A DNA stretch of 64,000 bases, from positions 9,736-73,735 of the forward strand of contig JBBIPC010000013.1 of assembly GCA_037443035.1 (NCBI GenBank), written 5' to 3'. The notes under the pieces were generated by a model. The model saw only the letters and a program-made list of their open reading frames with translations, did no database searches and was not told the DNA's origin. The stretch comes from Chthonomonadales bacterium. GTDB lineage: Bacteria; Armatimonadota; Chthonomonadetes; Chthonomonadales; CAJBBX01. Below are positions 11,389-21,467 of this stretch, one piece after another. How positions within the stretch are numbered: position 1 is the first letter of the stretch; each line of letters opens with the position of its first letter. The translations under genes were made by a program, and so were the position numbers.

Positions 11389-11799
11389 ATGGCCACGTTC
11401 CGATTGGAGATCATCACGCCGGACCGAGTCGTGTTGGATGACAAAGTTCAATCTGTACGCCTCCCCGGCGTGCAAGGCTCCTTCGGTGTTCTCGCTAATC
11501 ACGCGCCACTGGTCGCCGAGTTGACGGTCGGTCCCATCCACGTTGTCCATGCCAACGGCGATCGAGAGTACATCGCTGCATCCGGAGGATTCGTCCGCGT
11601 CGAGAACAACCGGGTCACCGTTCTGGCCAATGCCGCTGAGCGCGCTGAAGAGATAGATATCGCCCGAGTGCAAGCAGCAGTAGAACGAGCCAAGGCTCGC
11701 CTCGCCGAGGCCGGTGCAGGTGGCTATGAAGAAGCCAGGGAGGCGCTGCGGCGCGCCATGAACCGGCTCGATGTGGTACGCAGGAATGCGGATGCCTGA
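11389..11799 (+). CDS. atpC: ATP synthase F1 subunit epsilon
   Basis: LEIITPDR, GSFGVLANHAPL, SGGFVRV; follows atpD. Confidence 0.96.
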   Translation: MATFRLEIITPDRVVLDDKVQSVRLPGVQGSFGVLANHAPLVAELTVGPIHVVHANGDREYIAASGGFVRVENNRVTVLANAAERAEEIDIARVQAAVERAKARLAEAGAGGYEEAREALRRAMNRLDVVRRNADA

Positions 11800-11874
11800 A
11801 TCGAACTAGGAGCTGCTCGCCTTCATTCTTTCCGTGCGTGGCGGGCCACCATCTGCAAGGCAAGGAGTTCACGC

Positions 11875-14343
11875 ATGGTAGGCATCGTGTCCGCCGCTCT
11901 GGCTGTCACACCCTCGCTGCAGTATCCTCTTGCGACAAGGGCTGACTTGCTCCTAGCACGTCGCTGGGCCATGGCGAAGTTCGGTGGCAAAGTGGAGACT
12001 GGGATCCGTCTGCCGGGACTGTACGTCCACGCCAACAACGATCCTGTGCAGAAGAACTCCCGCGCCGGCCGGCCCATGAACATCGCGGGCAAGCAGTACC
12101 GACGCGGGCTCTACTGCCATGCCACGAGCCGAATCGTCGTGGAGCTTCCAGGTCCGGGAAGCCGCTTCGAAGCTGTGTGTGGCATCGACTCCAATGAGCA
12201 GACCAGCGGCGGACGTGGTAGCGTGGACTTCGCCGTCCGTGTGGGAGACCACGTGGCATTCCGTTCGCCGCTCATGCGCGAGGGCATGGCCGGTCGCCCG
12301 GTCCGCGTGGACCTTGGAGGAGCCACTCAGTTCGTTCTGGAGATCAGCGATGGAGGCGACGGAATCGCATGCGATCAGGCCGATTGGGCCGACGCCTCCG
12401 TCACACTCGCCGATGGCAGCACGCTCTGGCTGGCAGACCTGCCCCTATTCGGACCAGAGCCACCGGCGGTCGATTCGGCAGCGCCTTTCTCCTTCGTGTA
12501 TGGCAACGAGCAGTCGAAGAACCTCCTGCTTCATTGGACGGTATCCCGTGCGATGCGGACAGCCGAGGATGGACGGGTCCACTACACCGTCATCTACGAC
12601 GAGCCGACCGGCCCGCTGCGAGTGCGCTGCGAAGCGGTGCTCTACGCGGACTTCCCCACCGTCGAGTGGACCCTGTTCCTCTCCAACCGAGGCAACGAGA
12701 AGACACCCATCGTGGCTGACGTGAAGTCGCTGGACATCGAGTATGGCGTCGGCCAGGGCCCTGCGGTCCTGCATTACTTCACAGGCAGTCCGTGCACTCC
12801 GACCGACTACGAACCCCACCAGACTCGGCTCGATGCAGGAAGCGATGTGGCCATTGCCACCAGCGGCGGACGGCCAACGAACAGCAACCTACCTTACTTC
12901 AATATTGAGTGGAATGGAGGCGGTCTCATCGCTGTACTCGGCTGGCCAGGCCAGTGGTCCGCCAGGTTCCGAGGGGGTGATGGTGGCTCTGTCCACGTGA
13001 GCGGCGGCCAGGAGCTAACGCACTTCACCCTCTTGCCGGGTGAAGAGGTCCGCACCCCTCGTGTGGTCCTCCAATTCTGGCACAGTGACCGCGCGACGGC
13101 GCAGAACGTATGGCGGCGCTGGATGCGTATGCACAATTCTCCCCACCCTGCCGGCAAGCCCGTAGGACCGCAGTTCGCCGCGTGCAGCTCCCATCAGTTC
13201 GGCGAAATGATCCATGCCAATGACGCCAATCAGAAGCTCTTCGTGGATCGCTACCTCGAGGAGGGACTGAAGCTCGACTACTGGTGGATGGACGCTGGAT
13301 GGTATGTGAACAATGGCAACTGGCCCAACACGGGCACCTGGGAAGTGGATCGGAAACGGTTCCCGGGTGGACTCCGGTCCATCACGGACCATACCCATGC
13401 AAAGGGCGTGCGATCCATCGTCTGGTTCGAGCCTGAGCGTGTCAACAGTGGAACCTGGCTCTACGACACGCATCCGGAGTGGCTCTTGACCGCCGGTGAT
13501 GGCGACCGACTGCTGGATCTGGGCAATGACGAAGCCCGAAGGTGGTGGACAGACCATGCGGATCGGCTCATCACGGAGGAGGGCATTGACCTCTACCGAA
13601 CGGACTTCAACATAGATCCACTCGCCTTCTGGCGTGCCGCCGATGCGCCGGATCGTCAGGGCATCACCGAGATTCGATATGTCACCGGCTTCCTGACGTA
13701 CCTCGATGAACTCCTACGAAGACACCCGAACCTCGTCATGGACACCTGCGCCTCAGGCGGACGCCGTAACGACATCGAAACGCTTCGTCGAGCCGTACCT
13801 CTCCTGCGGAGTGATTACATCCTGGAGCCGGTCGCCCAACAGCTCCATACCTATGGCATCGCCCAGTGGATACCGTTCTTCGGCACAGGCGTCAACTCCA
13901 GCGATCCCTATGTGTTCTGGAGCCAAGCGTGCCCGCATATCACGGGTTGTTGGGACGTCAGGAGGAAGGATCTGGACTACCCGACCATCCGGACGCTCAT
14001 CCAGCAGTGGCGGACCGTGGCGCCGCTCATGCTCGGTGATTTCTATCCGCTAACGCCCTACGACATCGGCACGGCCGGTTGGATGGCCTGGCAATACAAT
14101 CGGCCTGAGGACGGCAAAGGCATGATCATGGCCTTCCGACGTCCGAACAGCGCGTACGAGGTGGCGCGTTACCCTCTCTTCAGACTGGAGCCTAAGGCCA
14201 CCTACCGCCTGCGCGACGTCTCCGGCAAGGATCTGGGTACCCACGCAGCTACGGAGCTGATGGACAAGGGCCTCAGGGTGGAGATTCCCGAGAATCCTGG
14301 TGTGGCTGTGGTGTTGTACGAACGGCTGGCAGCGCGAAGGTAA
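11875..14343 (+). CDS. GH36 alpha-galactosidase-like protein with N-terminal NPCBM/NEW2 domain
   Basis: RGLYCHA...DGGDGIACDQADWADA (NPCBM); WWMDAGWY, IVWFEPERV, YRTDFN, CASGGRRND, RSDY. Confidence 0.87.
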   Translation: MVGIVSAALAVTPSLQYPLATRADLLLARRWAMAKFGGKVETGIRLPGLYVHANNDPVQKNSRAGRPMNIAGKQYRRGLYCHATSRIVVELPGPGSRFEAVCGIDSNEQTSGGRGSVDFAVRVGDHVAFRSPLMREGMAGRPVRVDLGGATQFVLEISDGGDGIACDQADWADASVTLADGSTLWLADLPLFGPEPPAVDSAAPFSFVYGNEQSKNLLLHWTVSRAMRTAEDGRVHYTVIYDEPTGPLRVRCEAVLYADFPTVEWTLFLSNRGNEKTPIVADVKSLDIEYGVGQGPAVLHYFTGSPCTPTDYEPHQTRLDAGSDVAIATSGGRPTNSNLPYFNIEWNGGGLIAVLGWPGQWSARFRGGDGGSVHVSGGQELTHFTLLPGEEVRTPRVVLQFWHSDRATAQNVWRRWMRMHNSPHPAGKPVGPQFAACSSHQFGEMIHANDANQKLFVDRYLEEGLKLDYWWMDAGWYVNNGNWPNTGTWEVDRKRFPGGLRSITDHTHAKGVRSIVWFEPERVNSGTWLYDTHPEWLLTAGDGDRLLDLGNDEARRWWTDHADRLITEEGIDLYRTDFNIDPLAFWRAADAPDRQGITEIRYVTGFLTYLDELLRRHPNLVMDTCASGGRRNDIETLRRAVPLLRSDYILEPVAQQLHTYGIAQWIPFFGTGVNSSDPYVFWSQACPHITGCWDVRRKDLDYPTIRTLIQQWRTVAPLMLGDFYPLTPYDIGTAGWMAWQYNRPEDGKGMIMAFRRPNSAYEVARYPLFRLEPKATYRLRDVSGKDLGTHAATELMDKGLRVEIPENPGVAVVLYERLAARR

Positions 14344-15124
14344 CGCTCGACCGCGAGACGCACGTCGGTGCCGACTGCGACGATCCGAAGCGGGGGAACC
14401 TCGCAGACATCCGTAGCAACGTAATCCACCATGCCGACCCGATAGGTCCGTCCATCGTCGGTACCCACTCTCTTGCAGCTTGGATGCGATGTGAGATTCT
14501 CCAGCCCCGCGTCTGCGGATACTTCGCTGACCGTGGAGCCGTGAGCCCCAGGACGCCTATACGCAGCGGACCACGACGTAGGATGACGTAGGACCGGATT
14601 CCCGGTATGGTTCTGCCGTGACCATCCGTCAAGTTGGCGCATACCCATGGAAACCGTGACGCCCTGACGACGCGCAGCAGTGCCCGCTGAGAGCCTGCCG
14701 CATCCTCGGCATCCACTGCGTCCTTGGCCTTGAACTCGTTGTTGCCCACCGCGGCCACTTCGTAGCCCATAGCATTCATCGCGGCTACGTCAGCCAGACC
14801 TTCGTACGCGTTCGTGAGGGCTCCCCGGGTGAAAACGTCGCCTGCGTCCATCGTCAGGACGAACCCTTCGGAGCGGTTGCGCAAGCGCCGCAACAACGTC
14901 GCACGCCTGGCAGCGCCACCAACCCATTCCCGCTCCGCTCCTCCGCGTCCCTGTTCCGCATATGTGAATGGCAGAAGACGTCCGTGCAGATCATTGGTGT
15001 GTAGGATGGTTAGCCGAAATGTCGGCGTTGCAGGCGCGGCTGGTCTGGGCACCGACATGCCCACTAGCACCACCAGCGCAGCGACGAAGGGCATGGTGCG
15101 TGCGAAGCGGACAGTATTCTTCAC
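14337..15124 (-). pseudogene. 5'-nucleotidase/metallophosphoesterase, internally deleted and frameshifted
   Basis: ILHTNDLHG, DAGD, GNNEF, CANL present; similarity ends at AAREWVP (~14460); another frame continues with a C-terminal-domain-like end DDGRTYRVGMVDYVA...DVRLAVERYL. Confidence 0.7.
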
Positions 15125-15228
15125 AGGATACTGTACCCGCTCTCCGGCAGACGCGGATGCGCTACTCGGTAGTGCTAGAATGTACGGAAAGCACGTGCCA
15201 CAAAGCAAGATGGAGGCCGACGGACGCC

Positions 15229-15543
15229 ATGGCAGATCGCAGCAAGGGTGACGCAACGGGGAGGATCCTCGGAGCGCTCGTCTTCGTGCTGGGGATTGCC
15301 GTCATCGTCATCGTGCTGCTTCTGGCCTACCGGCTCTTTCTCGATCCATCGGTGGCCATGCACGTGCCGCAAGGTCGCGAACCCACCTTCGTCCATCTGG
15401 CAGCCGGTTTCGCTGATCTCCTCATCCGCGTGCTCCTCCTGACGGTCGGTAGCATCTCCGGAGCGCTCATCGCTACACGCGGTATCCGGATGTACGAAGC
15501 TTCCCTCACGCCCTCTGCAGCTTCCGACACGCCCAAGGAATGA
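15229..15543 (+). CDS. Two-TM hypothetical membrane protein (104 aa)
   Basis: GGAGG upstream; two hydrophobic helices. Confidence 0.75.
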   Translation: MADRSKGDATGRILGALVFVLGIAVIVIVLLLAYRLFLDPSVAMHVPQGREPTFVHLAAGFADLLIRVLLLTVGSISGALIATRGIRMYEASLTPSAASDTPKE

Positions 15544-15597
15544 CTTGGAGATCGGACGCTCCTATCGCTCGCTCACCGTCCTCAGGAACGGGCGTGG

Positions 15598-16710
15598 CTA
15601 GCTTCGGCCTGTCAGTCGGATTTCGAGGAGCGTTAGGTCATCGGGGAGCCGGATGGCGCCGGATTTGATAAGGAGAGTCTTTTCGATCGCCTCCAGCGTC
15701 GTACCCGAGTTGGGATAGCCTAACTCAGCCAGCAGCTTGCATAGGCCAGCCCTGCCCAGAGGCGTCCCATCCGCGGTGGGGAATTCCACTGCTCCGTCGG
15801 TGTAGAAAAGCAGACAATCGCCAGGCTGAAGTCGGAGCCGCAGGACTTCGAAAGGCGCCTGAATCGCGAATCCCAAGGGCGGTCCTCCGACGTCGGCCTT
15901 AGGGGCGAGGGCGCCGTCTCCGTTGTAGAGAAGCGGCGGAGGTCCTCCGGCTGATACGAGCGTGATCGCCGGTTCCGTGAGGTCCAAGAGGCCGTACACC
16001 AGCGTAGCGAAGGCATCGTCGCCACTTTTCGTCTCTATGAGTCGGCCGTTCACGGCGTGGACGAACGCCGGTGGATCAGTCAACTTCTCCGCTAACTCCG
16101 ACCAGAAGCATCGGAGCTGCATCGCGTACAGAGCCGCCGAAAGACCGTGCCCCATGACGTCGCCGATCCAGAACGCGAGGTGATCTGCATCGGGCTGAAT
16201 CAGTGCGTGAAAGTCGCCGCCAATGACATCGTGAGGAACATAGCGTTCGCGCACGCTGACGCGCGGATCCACGATGTCAGGGTGTGCCAGCGCTGCGGCC
16301 TGGACACGCTGCGCTCGAAAGAGGTCCTTGTACTCGCTACTGATATCGCGGAACGTCTCGACGCCGCCGATGATCCGACCATCTCCGCTGCGCAGTGGGG
16401 CCGTGGAGACGCGCATGGGAATGCGGCGCCCACTTGCCGACCGAGCGAAGACGACCACCTCTTGCGGGCTCCGCATACCCGTTACCATGGCACGATACAA
16501 CGGACACGTCTGTTCCCCACACAGTTGGTGTCCGTCCTTGTCCGCATGGCAGAGGATGCCATCGAGGCATTGCCGGCCCACGACGTCCTCGGCTTTCCAG
16601 CCCGTGATCTCCTCGGCCGCAGCATTCCAGTAGACGATGCGCCGCTCGAGGTCCGTCACGTAGAGGCCATCCGCCAGCGAGTTCAGCACTTCCTGCACTT
16701 TGAATTCCAT
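15598..16710 (-). CDS. PAS domain + SpoIIE/PP2C phosphatase (RsbU-like)
   Basis: PAS YWNAAAEEITGW; IGGDF, IGDVMGHG, LFYTDG, PDDLT. Confidence 0.9.
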   Translation of the reverse strand: MEFKVQEVLNSLADGLYVTDLERRIVYWNAAAEEITGWKAEDVVGRQCLDGILCHADKDGHQLCGEQTCPLYRAMVTGMRSPQEVVVFARSASGRRIPMRVSTAPLRSGDGRIIGGVETFRDISSEYKDLFRAQRVQAAALAHPDIVDPRVSVRERYVPHDVIGGDFHALIQPDADHLAFWIGDVMGHGLSAALYAMQLRCFWSELAEKLTDPPAFVHAVNGRLIETKSGDDAFATLVYGLLDLTEPAITLVSAGGPPPLLYNGDGALAPKADVGGPPLGFAIQAPFEVLRLRLQPGDCLLFYTDGAVEFPTADGTPLGRAGLCKLLAELGYPNSGTTLEAIEKTLLIKSGAIRLPDDLTLLEIRLTGRS

Positions 16711-16926
16711 AGGCCACCACCTTGCACCCCCGCCGCACAAACTGCAATCGCTAGCTCGCAACAGTCAGACCTAGCATACCATAGCCGCATGGATCCGTGA
16801 ACTCACGCGAACGACTGAGGTACGATGGATTCGCCTTGGCACGCCAACGACGCTGTGAAGCGAGGAATCGCTGATACTCCCGGCTGTCGAGGGCGATCTG
16901 TCCTCCGGGAAAAAGGGGGTCGAACC

Positions 16927-18321
16927 ATGAGCTGGCTTGTTCTCCTGTACTTGGTGGCCGCTGGCGGCAACCGAATCCACTCCATTAGCGACATCTCCCA
17001 CGAATTCACGTTTTATATGGACGGCCGCTTCTTCGCTCAGTACATCACGGATGCGAACGGTGCGGATGCGCGAAACTGGGGCACGTTGTACAAGCTCGAC
17101 CTGAGCAACGCCAATCTCCTGATCCTTTCGAGCGGCCCCGGTCCCGTGGCCTATCTTCCCCGCTCTATCGCCCACGTGCGGCAGTTCGCGGAGCAAGGAG
17201 GAGCGGTCCTCATCATGTCCGACGCCTCTGGCACGACCACCGACCGCGAACTGCCCATCCAGACCCTCGCACGGGCGTTCGGAGGGCAGTTTGCACGCAA
17301 CAGGGCGCAGTTGCCTGCCAGAGCCTCCCCCCAACTCGGCGCGGCTTCGGTAGAATGTCGTCCAGGAGGTACGCTGCACCTTACTGGGACCTGGGAGACG
17401 CTGGTCACCGACTCTGTCGGAGTCCCCTTGATGGCCTTGCGCCAGATTGGTAAGGGCTATGTACTCCTATCGGTTCGTGGACTGTTCGGCCAGAATCCGG
17501 ATGCCAGCGATTCCATCAATGCTTCTTGGATCACACCACTCCTTCAGCGGATCGTTGCTAACCGACCAGTGGACCCGTCCAGGCCGCCAAAGCGCCAGTT
17601 CGCCGAGCTAACGAAGAAGCTCGATGGCCTTACCGTGGAGTTCAACGAGGGAACCCGCCCGTTCGCCGACGCCATTGCCAAGGAGTACTTCGTCGTTCGG
17701 GAACACCTCTGCGAGATCACCGGCGTGCAGCCGTCCAAGGGTACCCTGACCAATCTGCTCATGCTGCCCACAGGTGGGGGAGGCTTCTCGAGCGGTGATC
17801 GCATCGGCATTGGCGCCTGGTGGGGTGGCTACCCGAAAGCGCGCTATCCCATGATCGAGCTCATCGGCCACGAGGCTGGCCATTCGTGGGTACTTCCGCA
17901 CGCCGAGCCCGTGTGGAACGAGCCGATCGCCACCTACCTGGGCATCCAAGTGGGCAGGCGTATGGGTATGCCCGAGGCTGATGCGACACTCCGGCGGAAC
18001 ATCGAAGCGGCACGGAAGCTGGACCCGGACTTCACCAAGATAGACATATCGGCACCGAATGTACCGTATGCCGTGGTCTGGGGAAAGTCCTTCTGGATCT
18101 TCGAGGAAATGGAGCGCATGCATGGTCCTAGCGCCATGGCCAAGTACTTCCGGACGAAACGCGCCATCGTGAAGCCCGAGCGGCCCCGCTACACCATGGA
18201 CGACTGCGTGGCGGTGTGGAGCCGAGCTGTCGGCCGGGACCTGTTTCCCTGGTTCCGCGAGCATGGCATACCGGTGGACGCGACCAAGACGGACCTTGCC
18301 GACGGTCGTCTCAGCCCGTAA
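16927..18321 (+). CDS. Hypothetical exported protein with HEXXH gluzincin-like metallopeptidase motif
   Basis: GGGFS, LIGHEAGHSW...WNEPIATY; N-terminal GATase-like/DUF4350-like segment (FAEQGGAVLIM). Confidence 0.7.
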   Translation: MSWLVLLYLVAAGGNRIHSISDISHEFTFYMDGRFFAQYITDANGADARNWGTLYKLDLSNANLLILSSGPGPVAYLPRSIAHVRQFAEQGGAVLIMSDASGTTTDRELPIQTLARAFGGQFARNRAQLPARASPQLGAASVECRPGGTLHLTGTWETLVTDSVGVPLMALRQIGKGYVLLSVRGLFGQNPDASDSINASWITPLLQRIVANRPVDPSRPPKRQFAELTKKLDGLTVEFNEGTRPFADAIAKEYFVVREHLCEITGVQPSKGTLTNLLMLPTGGGGFSSGDRIGIGAWWGGYPKARYPMIELIGHEAGHSWVLPHAEPVWNEPIATYLGIQVGRRMGMPEADATLRRNIEAARKLDPDFTKIDISAPNVPYAVVWGKSFWIFEEMERMHGPSAMAKYFRTKRAIVKPERPRYTMDDCVAVWSRAVGRDLFPWFREHGIPVDATKTDLADGRLSP

Positions 18322-18352
18322 GGTCCTTATGTCTGACGCCGTGAAGCTTCCC

Positions 18353-19204
18353 TCAATGGTCCGTGTTCCATAGCCCCAGTGCGTCGGCCATGAGGCGAAG
18401 CTCACGGATGTAGCCGTAGTCCGGCCTCACCAGAAGCTCGGGGAACTCCTTCGCTCGGAAGCACGGGCGGTACTGTGCCATGATGTTGATGCCCGTTCCG
18501 GGCGCAATGCGCGCCACAGTCTCGACAACCTTGCGGCTTTCGGCCAGGTCTCCTGGCAACACCAAGTGGCGTACCAGGACACCGCGCGTGGCAAGGCCAT
18601 CGCGATCTATCGTCAGCGGGCCGACCTGCCGATACATCTCCGCCAGCGCTGCCTCGGCTATTTCCGGATACCCGGGCACGCCTGAGTACTTGCGGCCGAC
18701 ATCCTCATTCGCGTACTTGAAGTCAGGCATGTAGATCTCGACAAGCCCCTCCAACCGCCGGAGCGTTTCGACCGACTCGTATCCTCCGCAGTTGTAGACA
18801 ATGGGCACCTTCAGACCGCGGATTCGTGCTAGCGAGATCGCTGGCGCGACGACGTGCGCGACATGCGTCGGCGTCACGAAGTTCACGTTGTGGCATCCGA
18901 GCCCCTGGAGCCGCAACATCACGTCCGCCACCATGTCAGGCCCCGCCTCGGCTCCAACAAGACTGTGACTGATATCGCTGTTCTGACAATAGACACAGTC
19001 GAGATTGCAGCTCGAGAAGAAGATGGTGCCGCTTCCGCCACGACCCACGAGCGGCGGTTCCTCCCCAAAGTGCGGACCGGCTGAAGCCATCAGGGCCTTT
19101 TCCCCCAGACCGCACCAGCCGCGCCCGCCCTCTCGTCGGCGGGCACCGCACTGACGCGGGCATAGCCGACACGGCGAGATGAGATCGTCGAGCGTTGTCC
19201 TCAT
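18353..19204 (-). CDS. Radical SAM protein, PflX-like
   Basis: CRLCPRQC, HFGEEPPL, GSGTIFFSSCNLDCVYCQN, IYMPDFKY, VLVRHLVLPG. Confidence 0.92.
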   Translation of the reverse strand: MRTTLDDLISPCRLCPRQCGARRREGGRGWCGLGEKALMASAGPHFGEEPPLVGRGGSGTIFFSSCNLDCVYCQNSDISHSLVGAEAGPDMVADVMLRLQGLGCHNVNFVTPTHVAHVVAPAISLARIRGLKVPIVYNCGGYESVETLRRLEGLVEIYMPDFKYANEDVGRKYSGVPGYPEIAEAALAEMYRQVGPLTIDRDGLATRGVLVRHLVLPGDLAESRKVVETVARIAPGTGINIMAQYRPCFRAKEFPELLVRPDYGYIRELRLMADALGLWNTDH

Positions 19205-19298
19205 CGTGTCATGTCCTCGCGCGTCTGACGTTGCGTCTGCAGGACATCCGACGGCTTCCGACGAACCAGCGGTCAGCGTGCAACGTGGGAGTGTTATC

Positions 19299-19553
19299 GT
19301 GTCTCTCCTGGATACTTACCTCGGGTGGACCGTGGAAGTCCACTACTTGTCCTTCAACTCGGCGACGGATCGAGGAGTTCTGGCTGCCGTAGAGCCGCCA
19401 TGGCTCCTCCTGGAGCTGCCGAACCGACAGTTGGTCATCCCCATCTCGGCTATCAGGTTGTTGAAGCCCATGGCACCTCCCGACAACGAGCACATGCGAC
19501 TCTTGAGGCCAGTCGAGAGACCCGAGGAAGCCGCCGGAGTGGAACAGCAATGA
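19299..19553 (+). CDS. Small hypothetical protein (84 aa), possibly Sm/LSm-like fold, with LLRP tail
   Basis: GTG with GGGAG RBS; LDTYLGWTVEV...GVLAAVEPPWLLL...VIPISAIRLL; ATGA-coupled to next gene. Confidence 0.7.
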   Translation: MSLLDTYLGWTVEVHYLSFNSATDRGVLAAVEPPWLLLELPNRQLVIPISAIRLLKPMAPPDNEHMRLLRPVERPEEAAGVEQQ

Positions 19554-20779
19554 CACCAGAGGCCATGGCGTGGACTGTGCTGTTGGTCGCCGTTGGTCTG
19601 AGCATCCTGCCAACCTCCACCACGAGCGGCGACGAACTTGCTGCTCTCGACGCGATCGTGGAACGAGGCATGGCGGAACAGCGGTACCCTGGCGCCGTGC
19701 TGCTCGTGGGTATGCACGGGAACGTCCGCTACGCCAGAGCGTTCGGTAGACACACCTACGAACCCAGCAGCCCGCCCATGCGCATGAATACCGTCTTCGA
19801 TATGGCCTCGTGCACGAAGGTAGCCGCTGGCACGCCTGCCGCCTTGCTCCTCGCGGAAGACGGCAAGCTGCATCTCGACAAGCCTGTAAGCGCCTATTGG
19901 CCGGAGTTCGCGGCGCATGGCAAACAGAACGTTACGCTGCGCGATCTACTGACCCATGTCTCCGGCTTGAAGGCCTATGAGAACTACACGGTGGTGGAAA
20001 ACGCTCGGCAGCCTGGTGAGACCCACGCGGAAGCCCTGTACCGCCACTATGCGGCCCTGCCCCTGACGTACAAGCCACGCAGCAAGGTGCTCTACAGTTG
20101 CCTGAACCTTCAGTGTGCGGGCTATGTGGTACAGCGGGTTGCCGGAGAATCGCTAGAGGACTTCCTCCGCAAGCGCCTGTGGGGCCCACTGGGAATGCGG
20201 GATACGACCTTTCGTCCACCCACGAGCATGCTCAAGCGCTGTGCCCCGACGGCTGTGAGCGACGATGGTCGGCCAGTTCGCGGCAAGGTCCATGATCCTC
20301 TGGCTGCTTACCATGGTACCGAGAGCGTCTGCCCGGCGAATGCTGGGCTGTTCTCCACAGCGGGCGACCTGGCTCGCTACGTTCGAATGCTTCTCGGTCG
20401 TGGTAGGTGGCGTGGCAGGCAGATCCTCAGCCCGGACAGTGTGGCTCTCATGACCAGCGTACAGACGCCGGCGCGAGTAAAGACCTTGCGGAGCATCGGC
20501 TGGGCTGTGTACGGTGACTCACCTTTCCTTGGGCCGATCCAGAAAGACCCAACGCAGAGAACGGTCGGGCACACGGGTTACACCGGTACCTGGATCTGGC
20601 TGGACCCATCCACGGGGAGCTACATTATCTTCCTCACGAACCGCGTGTTCCCCAGCCCTGCCACGAATGGCAACGAGGGACCTTCCATAGATGGCGTCCG
20701 GGCCGATCTCGCTAGAGTGGTGGTGCAAGCCCTCGAGGCCGATGCCAGGGAGTCAAGATCTAGTCCGTCAGCGAAGTGA
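19550..20779 (+). CDS. Serine hydrolase, beta-lactamase class C/esterase family
   Basis: FDMASCTK (SxxK), LLTHVSGL, YSCLN, HDP, GHTGYTGT; signal peptide. Confidence 0.92.
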   Translation: MTPEAMAWTVLLVAVGLSILPTSTTSGDELAALDAIVERGMAEQRYPGAVLLVGMHGNVRYARAFGRHTYEPSSPPMRMNTVFDMASCTKVAAGTPAALLLAEDGKLHLDKPVSAYWPEFAAHGKQNVTLRDLLTHVSGLKAYENYTVVENARQPGETHAEALYRHYAALPLTYKPRSKVLYSCLNLQCAGYVVQRVAGESLEDFLRKRLWGPLGMRDTTFRPPTSMLKRCAPTAVSDDGRPVRGKVHDPLAAYHGTESVCPANAGLFSTAGDLARYVRMLLGRGRWRGRQILSPDSVALMTSVQTPARVKTLRSIGWAVYGDSPFLGPIQKDPTQRTVGHTGYTGTWIWLDPSTGSYIIFLTNRVFPSPATNGNEGPSIDGVRADLARVVVQALEADARESRSSPSAK

Positions 20780-21467
20780 CCCTCCGCCGATGGGCCGACG
20801 GCGGCACGGCGAAGGCAACAGCGTACTGCACGCCCGCCTCGCATCCCCGGACGCGCGCTAGAGCACGATAGTAATCCACGTAGGGGAAACGCACAACCTC
20901 TCCCCTGAAGAGGGCGTGCTGACGTGCTGCCTTTTCCCACAGCGCCATGTCCTCTTCGGTGATCTCGAGGAAGATCTCTGGCAGGAAGCCGGACTGGTCT
21001 TCCCAGTTCTCCGCGTAGTAGAGCGACCGCACAGAATGAGGCGGCAGTGGTCTTTGGAAACCCGCAATGGCTGCGAAGAAGAGAGCGTCAGGCGTCGCAA
21101 GCCCTGCGGCCGTGTGATCCCGATGCATGCTTCCATGCCAGTGCGTAAGTACAACGCTTGGACGGCATTCCCGTATGACGTCGGCAATCTCCATCTTCAA
21201 CGCATCATCGGCAATGAGCTCACCGTCGCCGTGATCCAGAATATACAGCCGTGCGCCGTAGACGCCAGCGGCAGCCTCCGCCTCCTGACGTTTCTGGATG
21301 GCGTACTCGGCCGCAGGCACCGCCGGATGCCCCTTCTCGCCCGTCGTGAGATGCAGCATGGCAACCCGCTTCCCTTGCCGTACGTGAGCCGCAAGCGCCA
21401 TGCCGCAGGCGATCTCGCAGTCGCCGATGTGCGCTCCGATGGCCAGGACGTCCACTGGTTCGTTCAT
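20760..21467 (-). CDS. PIG-L/LmbE family deacetylase
   Basis: AIGAHIGDCE, LTTGEKG, EAEAAA, MHRDH. Confidence 0.88.
   Translation of the reverse strand: MNEPVDVLAIGAHIGDCEIACGMALAAHVRQGKRVAMLHLTTGEKGHPAVPAAEYAIQKRQEAEAAAGVYGARLYILDHGDGELIADDALKMEIADVIRECRPSVVLTHWHGSMHRDHTAAGLATPDALFFAAIAGFQRPLPPHSVRSLYYAENWEDQSGFLPEIFLEITEEDMALWEKAARQHALFRGEVVRFPYVDYYRALARVRGCEAGVQYAVAFAVPPSAHRRRVTSLTD

Noticed and set aside
14400..14500. Programmed frameshift in the 5'-nucleotidase
   Set aside because: No slippery run is visible, and shifting frame would still leave most of the protein missing; deletion explains it better
19550..20779. Antibiotic-resistance beta-lactamase
   Set aside because: Motifs (SCTK, YSC, HDP, GHTG) fit the broad esterase/amidase serine hydrolase group rather than true AmpC
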